Positions 24,901 through 34,135 of a stretch of DNA of 64,000 bases are shown here, in pieces. The DNA is taken from positions 4,774,001-4,838,000 of the forward strand of contig CM106585.1 of the NCBI GenBank assembly GCA_048013815.1, written 5' to 3'. Every line of letters begins with the position of its first letter. Position 1 is the stretch's first letter. The position numbers and the translations under genes are program-made. The notes under the pieces are model-generated. The model saw only the letters and a list, made by a program, of their open reading frames with translations, had not been told where the DNA came from and searched no databases. Source of the DNA: Setoptus koraiensis (taxonomy: Eukaryota; Animalia; Arthropoda).

Positions 24901-24908
24901 TTATGTGA
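15978..24908 (+). CDS. FASN: Type I fatty acid synthase (or FAS-like PKS), KS-AT-DH-pseudoMT-ER-KR-ACP-TE; 3 exons: 15978-16473, 16643-24684, 24804-24908 (about 2880 aa; start codon uncertain)
   Basis: KS triad DLACASS, EAHGTGT, KTNMGHSE; AT GHSVGE; DH LSGHTLEGRVLNPATGYL and TDNILQ; ER LIHAGSGGVGQAAI; KR IITGGLGGFG and GQANYGYAN; ACP LGLDSLMAVE; TE GYSFGG plus FPGDH in exon 3. Both introns are GT-AG and frame-preserving. Confidence 0.95.
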
Positions 24909-25575
24909 GATCTCGTTATTTATGTTTGTGATCGCCATATTGATCATTAATTGATGCGGCGATAGCACTGGCATGCATTTCGGCAATCTCTGAATATCCG
25001 CGAGGAGCAATTTCCATTCTTTGCTAACCAATACCAGGCATTTCACTAGAATAGGCATGGAACCCAAGAATTACCTTTCATCCAACACTTAATACTAAAA
25101 ACTCCAACACAAATAAATACCTTACAATACTTTGCAATCAAGGATTTTGTTTACTTGCCGACAACTAGGCTAGGCCAGATTTCTCGTTAAAATCTATTGG
25201 AGTTGCTCATACGAGAGAAAAGTTAGCAGTCTTCCGGTATTTCGGGTCTCGTGCTGAAATGCACAAAAATTTATTCACTGTACTTATCCACGAGAGGCCG
25301 CGGCGTAACTCAGGTAGAAGTTGAAGCGTTTTTAGAAATGTACTTAGAAAAGTACAGCAATTTGCCAGTTCTGTAAATGACAGAATCATAGAAGTATCAA
25401 AAGTGATCTACTGCACTGCGACAAACTATCATTTTTCAAAAATCTGGGCACAATATCCACACTGCTGGATGGAAACTGACCGTTTTCTGGTCCTTGATGG
25501 TTGGTACATTAAAGATAAAGTTACTAGCACTTCTCCGTTGACTCCATTTCATCGACTCTATGTCGGAGTCCATGA

Positions 25576-25838
25576 TAGTGATTGGGGGAGGTCCCGCCTC
25601 CCCGGGAACTCGTTGGGACCTCCCAAAAAGAACTGGGAGCTCCCCGGTAGCAGAAATATAAATTAAAGAGACTAAACATGAAACAAATGCACAAGACATG
25701 TATTTTAGATGATTTTGTTATTCTATTGATGCTCTCATTGAGCTGCTAAGCCACCAATGAAACGGATGGGCAGAGGGGGAGCTCCCAGTTCTTTTTGGGA
25801 AGTCCTAACGAGTGCCCGTGGAGGGGGAGCAATCACTA
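25576..25838. mobile_element. Non-autonomous hAT-like MITE, 263 bp
   Basis: Termini TAGTGATTG ... CAATCACTA. Imperfect TIRs of about 65 bp (25576-25645 and 25776-25838) contain a perfect 25-bp inverted core, TCCCAAAAAGAACTGGGAGCTCCCC. 8-bp flanks GTCCATGA (25568-25575) and GTCCAGGA (25839-25846) differ by one base, as expected of an aged hAT target-site duplication. No transposase ORF. Confidence 0.7.
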
Positions 25839-26296
25839 GTCCAGGAATTTTTTTCAAGGTGCGCGCCAATCTGCTTCGGTGCCGATTTTTTTGCCGTTCA
25901 ACGACTTTGACTGTAAATATAAATAAAGCACAACATGCCGTGCGTTGGGTGAACATATGTGCCGGAGTGGCGCAAAACTGCAGTGAAATGCGACATTTCT
26001 GTGCAACAAGCGCAGTGATTATAAAATATAAATATATTCTAGACAAAAAACGCCGATATCACGATGACATTTGGAAATATAGTGTTATACTGTTATTTTT
26101 TATTATTTATTATTAATACCGCTGCAACTAGATTATGTAAGATGAAGTATTTCTACAGTTACTGTGATTCTATCAAGTAGAAGCAACTCACATTTGTACT
26201 ACCCACTACAAACACAGCTCACAGGGGCAGCCTACAAGCCTGACCGACTGAGATAGAGTCCGATCGAGGCAACACAAACACAAAATCGGCAATAAC

Positions 26297-27920
26297 ATGG
26301 CCACTGGTCACACCGATGAGCTGAATCCGTTCGGTGACGACGATGACCATCACCACCAGCGAGGTACGGAATTTTCAGTGATCGATTTAGATGCAGAAAA
26401 TGAACACTTCGCCATTTGTGACTCACTCATATCTTGCATAGAATTGATTAAATCCGCCTCAGATCTAACACCGGCAACAACAACAACAACAACAAGCCCT
26501 CCTATATCATCGCCAACAACACTCGACACTGAAACTAGTCCACAAGAAACAACTTGTAACGATAATGGCGACGCCAATGAGGACCATGATGATATATTGT
26601 GCAGACAGAATAACTCTCTGGCAGCACCCACCGCATCGGCGATAGCTTGGAGTCTCATTAGAAAATTTAGCAATCGTCAACAACAAACTGTCGATCTAAA
26701 CTGGTTGGTCAAAAAATTTGATTGGCCTGGCAATTTTGAAAAATCAGCGCCTGCATCTAAGAAAAAACTGAATAATCAACTTGATGATAATGATCAATTA
26801 GAAGAGATTAATGTCAGATTCCGAGGAAACTTTGAATGGGCACCACCAAGGGCACAAATCATATTCAATATTCACACCAATCCCAATTTTAAGAAACTTA
26901 TGGTCAAGCAAAATTATCGATGCGCTGGTTGTGGAATCAAAATCGACCAAGAGATGGCCCGACGATTGGTGTTGTATTGTAATTATCTTGGGAAATACTT
27001 CTGCAAATGTTGCCATAGTCATAAAGGTAATTGGGCTTGAATTCTCCACCATCATCATTTTGTTTATAAAATCAGATGATAAACAAATGTCTCATTGTAA
27101 TACTAACTATTTAATCTTCCTCCCCCTTGCTCAACTAGCAATACACCTTCCAGGATACATACTGCAGAAATGGGATTTCCACAAGCATCCTGTGTCACAC
27201 TTCGCTCTACAGTTACTAGACAGAATAGCCAATGAGCCTCTATTCAATATCAATGACACTAACGCTTCTCTGTACCAGAAAGTCAAGAAACTACGCCGCT
27301 TGCTAGATGTTCGGATGCAATTATATTATCTCAAAATATATATATCCACTTGCAAGCAAACAACTGCTTTAAATGACGAGTATGCAGCTTTTGCTCATCA
27401 GCACCTACTTCAAGATGAAGTTCATCTGTACTCTCTAAACAATTTGATCGAGATACAACATGGAAAACTATTTGAATATTTGAATGATTTAGTTAGCAGA
27501 TCTGTTGCCCATGTTGCCGGATGTGATATCTGCCGAGCAAAGGGCCATTATTGTCAGCTGTGTGGACCAAGTAGCTTGATGGGTTCATCGAGGACACAAA
27601 GTGACACTCATTCCGTTTCTGATAGCACTCTCCACAATGCAAGTCATGGCAAATCGCCCGATCAACCTAGGACTTCAGCGGTCAATTCACATCAAATCTC
27701 AGGCTCATTAACTCAAAATATGAGTCCTACATCTACTGGAGCTATCTCAATTAACATCGATGATCCAGAACTCATATTTCCGTTTGAAATCGGGAGGGTG
27801 GCGCAATGTAGATTATGCGGCTGCTGTTTTCATCTACAATGCTTTCTTGATGCCGGTCGCAACTGCCCTAAATGTGAGCGAATACAAAGGAGAAAAGTTG
27901 AAAAGTCACGAGAAAGTTAA
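26297..27920 (+). CDS. RUBCN: Rubicon-like autophagy regulator (Rubicon homology domain), 2 exons: 26297-27026, 27139-27920 (503 aa)
   Basis: ENEHFAICDSLISCIELIK, RGNFEWAPPRAQIIFNIH, KQNYRCAGCG, YCNYLGKYFCKCCH, WDFHKHPVSHFA, EPLFNINDTN, HLYSLNNL and CFHLQCF...CPKCERIQRRK follow the RUBCN C-terminal half. Phase-1 intron with a TACTAAC branch point. Confidence 0.9.
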
Positions 27921-28066
27921 AGATGTGATTCGGCATGAATACTAAATTTGTTAAGTTTGAAATTTTCATTAATGCACATGTATATATCTCAATCTGGGCT
28001 TATGTATAGGTGTGGATGCATATTTGCAAGTGTCGTGAAATAGCAAAATATAAATCCAATCAGACA

Positions 28067-28405
28067 AATCGGAGAGCAGCTTCATGATCTGACAATTTGC
28101 TCAAAGAGGCCGCCCTGTTAGAATAGTATACTGCGTTATTATTATCCAAATCAATAGCTTTAGTATAACTATCGTACGCCTCTTTGTATTTGTCCTGTTT
28201 CATTACATGTAATTCATTGCCCTGACTCTTTAATTCCTCTGCTTGTTTTCTCTCCTCCTCAGTGGGACTTTTACGAACTTTAGGAATGGCATTTGAGCAC
28301 ACTCGATGAAGTGGACCCAAATAGGTTGGGATATATAGTTTGGGTGCTTTGTTGTTGCGGCTGCTTTGCACTATTGAATATTTTGAGTAGCTCGTCTGAA
28401 GGGGT
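28067..28405 (-). pseudogene. Internal fragment of SGT (duplicate of ~33626-33973)
   Basis: Near-identical DNA to the intact SGT gene, with a net 17-nt frameshifting deletion near 28295 and a 6-nt insertion near 28205. Both ends of the gene are missing. Confidence 0.9.
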
Positions 28406-28631
28406 TATTCTCATACATCTTCATCTACGATCACTCTGCATCGCCCAACAACATTTGACGCCAGTGCCGAGCCAGTATAATAATAAACAACTTTCGCAGC
28501 CATAATCGCTGATTTTGATACCTTGATTGAGAGGGGCTAGATGGAAGCCATTGCTTAATAAGAAAAAAATAACTAACTTGTAGATTGAGTAAACTCGAAC
28601 ATTCTTATAACATCATTTGAACGCGCCCAAT

Positions 28632-29283
28632 ATGACTGAACAAGACCAAGATGTCACAGAGTTGATACCCGAACTATGCAGACAATTTCACCATTTGGGA
28701 TAATTTGGGTTAGGTCAAGGAAACAGGCGGCGGTTTATCAATTAAGGCAAATAATAAGATTTTCGTTGCTCTATCGGGAGTGCAAAAGGAACGCGTAAAA
28801 CAGTACGATTTATTTATTTACGGGAATCAAGGCGAGAACATCTTGCATAATCCCAGTAATACAAAATTAAAACCAAGCGAATGTTTGCCTCTTTTCGTGG
28901 TGGCCTACCAAGACAGGGATGCCAATTGTATGATTTATAGCCATTCGCACTGGGCAAATCTAGCTACCTCAATGGGTAGTGGACAAAAAGAGTTAGTGAT
29001 CAAAGATCAAGAGATGATCAATTGAATTAAGAGAGGCTCCACTAATACGAATCACACACATCACGATGAACTGGTTGTGCTCATAGAAAATACATCGTTT
29101 GAAAAAGATTTACAATTGTCGCCAAAAAAAGCTATAGCTGATTACCTTCACACAAATGCCGTGTTAGTTCGCAACCACAGCGTTTGGGGTAAATCGTGGA
29201 AAAATACCAAAACTATGGCCGAATTCTACGATTATCTGTTTGAACTACAAGTTACCAAAATGTGCCGACATCTCTGGCAATAA
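28632..29283 (+). pseudogene. APIP: Methylthioribulose-1-phosphate dehydratase (APIP/MtnB) pseudogene
   Basis: LIPELCRQFHHLG* (Trp codon now TAA, 28701-28703); frameshift before TGGGLSIK; SGVQKER; LKPSECLPLF; metal-binding HTH now YSH; QEMIN*IK (TGA 29023-29025); IENT..EKDL; AVLVRNHSVWG; KTMAEFYDYLF. Confidence 0.9.
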
Positions 29284-29921
29284 GACCACTCTTCTTCCGT
29301 TTTGTCTTCGCCTTGCATCCAAAACGATTTGATCAATCTGAGATACACTGCACAATCACCAGACTTGTTTTCGCAACAGATCGATTGGTTATGTTCAATC
29401 AAACAGATCGATAGCGACTCTACTGACGAATTACTTTTCTTTTCAACAAAGTCAGAGTGAAGAGACTATCGAGGACGGCACCTGTTTATGATAGCTTAAG
29501 TCGATACCAGGGAGTCAGAAGGAAGGCAGCAGACAGACTACATTCATCAACTCTAATGGTAAAATGTTTATAAATTTAATCAGACGACTTGAGGCAAACT
29601 GGAAACAGAGATAAAGCAGATTTCTAGGTTCACTTGACCTCTCCAACCATTCCGTATTTCTGAAAAATCGAAGACCATGATGAAAAAGCTCCGAAATGGG
29701 ACAACCCCCTGTTGATGGCAATACAGGTGCATTACGACTTTTTCTCTACCTAATGAGAAGTCGACTTCTAGAACAAGCGCTGCCCAAGAAACTTAGTATG
29801 GAAAAGGAATTGAGAACGAAAAATGGAAACTTCAGACGGCTCTCCGCCGCCTGATGCGATTCACGTTTCAGCTTGTCCAAACCTATCTCGGACCAGGCTT
29901 GTACTAGTGGTTGATGGTTGT

Positions 29922-30920
29922 TCAATGCATGTACCAATCTTGCGATGGGAATTTGCATTGAAGATCCGACTCAATGTCGTTAAATTGGTCAGCCACTTCA
30001 AAGATCTTTGGCTCCGATCGCGGCTCGGTGAAGACCTCGTCTTCGTACACATCTTCTGGAAGTTTCGCCAAGAATGCACATCGGCAATATTGGACAGCCT
30101 TGAGCCAGCGTCCGACCACTTGGCTACTCTTCAATTTCTTGTCTATGGCATGGTTGTTGTCGCTGGCCGTGAAAGCATGGGTAGCGAACAACTCAATGGG
30201 TATAATTGAGTTTCGCGCATAGCTATCGATCAAATTGCAAGATCGCTTCAGATTCAAAAACTTTTCAATTTCTTCTTCTGTTTCCAAAAGAATGCGATTG
30301 GCAAAACAGTCCACCCGCAACTGTCTTGTTAGAATGAGGCTCTCTGGCAGATCAAATTTTGACAGATCCAGGCACTGGTGGACGGATTTACGAATGCTTT
30401 GGTCATTTTTCACGTCATCCAAGCTTTGTTTGACAGCCTCGTCTGATTGTTCTGCTTGCTCTAGTTTTGTTTCTAGGCTTCTTTTGCAGGTTAAAATAAC
30501 CTGACCGAATAACTTTGAGGTTAATAGACGCAATCCATGTTCCTTTTTTGTCGCTATAGATCGACTGGCAATGCCGGTTATACGCGTGAAGAAAAAGGCA
30601 ATCATTCGCTCGAAGGATTCATTGTCGCACACAGAATGAGATGTTGTCAGTGCCTGAACCATTTCTTTCATAGCTCTCACATCCTCCACACCATCATAAC
30701 TGTTCAAACAGTCGTTGATTATTGTGGTTGTCGTTTCGCTGTCTAGTTCCGGTGTCTGGTCCATTTCGTTTGCGAATTCTATGAACTTTGACACTGAGTC
30801 GAGAGATTTTACTCTCTTGTCGCAGAGTGACTTCGATGCTGTCCAGAGTTGTCCATCCCCAGCTGAACTGCCTGGCAGGAAACAACTGGCGACACCGACG
30901 ATCAATAACAAGGATAACAT
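29922..30920 (-). CDS. Orphan secreted Cys-containing helical protein, intronless, 332 aa
   Basis: 999-nt open frame in AT-rich DNA; signal peptide MLSLLLIVGVASCFLPGSSA; spaced cysteines; no recognised domain. The C-terminal end may be frameshifted. Confidence 0.7.
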   Translation of the reverse strand: MLSLLLIVGVASCFLPGSSAGDGQLWTASKSLCDKRVKSLDSVSKFIEFANEMDQTPELDSETTTTIINDCLNSYDGVEDVRAMKEMVQALTTSHSVCDNESFERMIAFFFTRITGIASRSIATKKEHGLRLLTSKLFGQVILTCKRSLETKLEQAEQSDEAVKQSLDDVKNDQSIRKSVHQCLDLSKFDLPESLILTRQLRVDCFANRILLETEEEIEKFLNLKRSCNLIDSYARNSIIPIELFATHAFTASDNNHAIDKKLKSSQVVGRWLKAVQYCRCAFLAKLPEDVYEDEVFTEPRSEPKIFEVADQFNDIESDLQCKFPSQDWYMH

Positions 30921-31666
30921 TATTTGTGTTGGCACCTTGATTTGAATTTTTATCTAGAAATGGTTGAAAACTGTATTCAATTAAATCAAATAGGTCTCAC
31001 TATTCATTGATTTTCATGATAGTACTGATGATCCCACCCCTATTTATATGAGATAAAAAATGTTTACTCAGACAATCCATATGGAAAAACTCTATTTTAA
31101 GATTGGAATATCATCATGTGATGAACGTGAGTAGCTTCAGTGGCAACATTCCGAATATTTTTGGATATTTTCAATCCGATTTTATTTTCCGGCTGGAACA
31201 ACCATTGAAAATATCTCTTGTTGAACAGTTTCTATCACTAGTGACATATGAAAACATGAAAATTGCTGCACGAAACATTTCAGAGAGTTGTTTTCTAGCC
31301 CCTAGTCTGACTGAGTTTGACACTCACCTGAGTGATTCTCTCAACATCCGCCTATACTTTGTGGTATATTTTAAGCTACAGTTACAGACGTCATGTCTAT
31401 TGTAAATGTTCAGCTGGTGTGCGCATGATAAAATCACCAAAGATTGACATGATGAACTATTTTCCCTCGATTTCTGGCCAACTCGAGCCTCTTTCTCATC
31501 TGAAATGAAAACCGATGAGGCCAACTCCCGACTTCCAGCCCTTTCCATCCATTTATACCATGGAGGACAGTTTAAACCGTTTTGATCGTTTCATTCAATG
31601 TTGCACGAAATTGGATGAGAATTTGAGTGATTCGAAAAACGGGTTCGAACCGTTGCCACTGGATAA

Positions 31667-32394
31667 GATTGGGTTGATCCAGACAAAGTTGAGCCATAGA
31701 GTAAGAGCAAAATACTAGCTGAAAAGGTTGCTCGGAAGTTCACCGAAGAACTACTTCAAGGCGACAAACCTAAGCTCGAACCGGCCGTCATAAACCCACC
31801 ATATGTTTTGGGACCCATAATCACGGATACATTCTCTACATCTGTATTGGCTATCAAGCATCTCCTAGATAAATCTGTTCCTGGGGTGCCAAAATTTAAC
31901 ATGGCTATATGTGATGCTCGCGATGTCGCTTTAGCACATGTTAAAGCGTTGAAACTAGCAGAAGCAAAATGTAGACGCTATCTTATAGTTAGTGGTTGTA
32001 AATGGATGAAGCTATGGATAGCTAAAGTTATTCAGAAAGAGTTCAAGCAGTTTAGTTATTTTGTTCCCATCATTCCAGTGCCTAGCACTTCAGTATGGTT
32101 AGGAAGCTTTATCGATAGATCTACATCAATGGTCGTTCCTCGATTGGATAAGGAACTCAAACTTAACAACAAGCGTGTGCCTGAAAAACTCAAAATCGAT
32201 CCACAGACATCGACAAAACTGTCTTAGAAACATGTCTTAGTTTGATCGGAAAGGGTGTTTTAAAGCCAACGAAAAGATATACGAAATCGAAAGAGCGATT
32301 GGCCACAACGAATGGCGAGGCTGAAGAGGCGACAACAGTGGATACAAACAGTACACCTGTTGAGCAATCACTAGAGACTAAAGAGGATAGTTGA
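31667..32394 (+). pseudogene. Extended SDR / NAD-dependent epimerase (dihydroflavonol-4-reductase-like) pseudogene, C-terminal portion
   Basis: DWVDPDKVEP*SKSKILAEK (catalytic Tyr codon of YxxxK now TAG, 31697-31699), VINPPYVLGP, DARDVALAHVKAL and RRYLIVS. Frameshift near 32200 before DIDKTVLETCLSLIGKG. The N-terminal Rossmann part was not found. Confidence 0.85.
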
Positions 32395-32461
32395 TATAAC
32401 TATAGTGACAACGTTCAATAGGTGCGTATATACTGTTTAAATATGACGAGTCTATCTTAAC

Positions 32462-32705
32462 AATCGCCCGATCAGCCTATGACTTCAGCGGTCAATTCAC
32501 ATCAAATCTCAGGCTCATTAACTCAAAATATGAGTCCTACATCTACTGGAGCTATCTCAATTAACATCGATGATCCAGAACTCATATTTCCGTTTGAAAT
32601 CGGGAGGGTGGCGCAATTTAGATTATGCGGCTGCTGTTTTCATCTACAATGCTTTCTTGATCATATTTGCAAGTGTCATGAAAAAGCGAAATATATATCC
32701 AATCA
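32462..32705 (+). pseudogene. Duplicate of the Rubicon 3' end and its downstream spacer, with an internal deletion
   Basis: 32462-32661 matches 27652-27851 (offset 4810 bp); 32662-32705 matches 28019-28062; the 167 bp between them are missing. Confidence 0.9.
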
Positions 32706-32968
32706 ATACAAAAGAACACTCGAAACACATCTACTTGATTTTCTACAACTATAAGTACGTTCATTGAAACTTAAAACAACACATATTGAGTTGACGTCTT
32801 TTAATTTGATTTACGACTCTACAGCTAAGCCGATATCTAGCACATCGATAACTGTACGCAAACATTCAGTGATCCATTCTCTGCCACATCGAGTACTTCA
32901 AATGATACATTGATAAACACTAGGCTGGACATAGCTGTCAAGAAAATTACACCAGTTTAGATTAGAGC

Positions 32969-34135
32969 TCAACTGTATCCAGGTGGAGGATTCTGGTCTG
33001 GATTGTCTTGTCTTGGTGGTGCAAACATTCGTGTTATATCAGCAAGAATATTTGGATTGGACGCTTGTATGGCCGAGGCAATTTGTTGACCTGCTGCCAG
33101 TAGGTTACCTAGCTGAGGAGCTGCGGTCTGTCCATTATTTTCCTGATCTGTAGCTTGTTGTGGGTTTGGTGGGGTTTGTTGATTGGCTGCGGTCTGAGAT
33201 GTTGTTGTAGTCTCTTGATTACCGGGTGCAGGTTGGCTGCCACCGGGATTAAACATGTTGGCTGATGTGCTTATCAATGTATTGAATATGTTTTGCATAC
33301 TTGGGTCCTGCATACGACGCATAATAGTGTTAATGGTATCGGGATTTTGTAACACGGAGGTGATGTCTACGCCAGCAGTGTTCCACCCGTCCAAGAACAT
33401 ACCTAACGGGTTCATTGAAGGATTTTGTCCAGCACCTCCCGCTCTAAGTTTCTCCTCTGCTATTTTCAAATTATTTTGATAGCTCTGATTATTCGGATCC
33501 AGTTGAACTGCCTTCTCATAGGCTTCCTTGGCCTTAGCGTGGTTCTCGACACTGGCATAAGCTAGACCCATTCTACCGTAAGCTTTGGAGTAGGTCGGAT
33601 CTATCTCTATGGCATCTAGGCAATCTCGGAGAGCAGCTTCATGATCTGACAATTTGCTCAAAGAGGCCGCCCTGTTAGAATAGTATACTGCATTATTATT
33701 ATCCAAATCAATAGCTTTAGTATAACTATCGTACGCCTCTTTGTATTTGTCCTGTTTCATTAATTCATTGCCCTGATTCTTTAATTCCTCTGCTTGTTTT
33801 CTCTCCTCCTCAGTGGGATTTTTACGAACCTTAGGAGTGGCGTTTGCCGTCGATGTTGGATCGGGCACACTCGATGAAGTGGACCCAAATAGATTGGGAT
33901 ATATAGTTTGGGTGCTTTGTTGTTGCGGCTGTTTTGCACTATTGAATATTTTGAGTAGCTCGTCTGAAGGGGTACGCCCTGGATGAGATTTGCTCAAACT
34001 ATAAGCTTGCTCAATGCATTCGGCGGCCACTGTCAAGCTCTCCTTGGCCGATTCGGATAGTGTAGAATTTTCTACTTCATGACACAGGAATTGGTAGATG
34101 GTGTTGATAAGTTCAATTTTGTTTGAGTCGGACAT
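32969..34135 (-). CDS. SGTA: Small glutamine-rich TPR co-chaperone (SGT), intronless, 388 aa
   Basis: N-terminal dimerisation domain (IYQFL...ESLTVAAECIEQAYSL), TPRs (AEELKNQGNELMK, NAVYYSNRAAS, YSKAYGRMGLAY, AYEKAVQLDPNN) and a Q/N-rich DP-repeat C-terminus. Confidence 0.95.
   Translation of the reverse strand: MSDSNKIELINTIYQFLCHEVENSTLSESAKESLTVAAECIEQAYSLSKSHPGRTPSDELLKIFNSAKQPQQQSTQTIYPNLFGSTSSSVPDPTSTANATPKVRKNPTEEERKQAEELKNQGNELMKQDKYKEAYDSYTKAIDLDNNNAVYYSNRAASLSKLSDHEAALRDCLDAIEIDPTYSKAYGRMGLAYASVENHAKAKEAYEKAVQLDPNNQSYQNNLKIAEEKLRAGGAGQNPSMNPLGMFLDGWNTAGVDITSVLQNPDTINTIMRRMQDPSMQNIFNTLISTSANMFNPGGSQPAPGNQETTTTSQTAANQQTPPNPQQATDQENNGQTAAPQLGNLLAAGQQIASAIQASNPNILADITRMFAPPRQDNPDQNPPPGYS

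Noticed and set aside
28701-31699. Stop-codon reassignment or read-through to explain in-frame TAA/TGA/TAG in APIP and the DFR-like gene
   Set aside because: Three different stops replace three different residues and coexist with frameshifts, while intact neighbouring genes use the standard code; this is ordinary decay.
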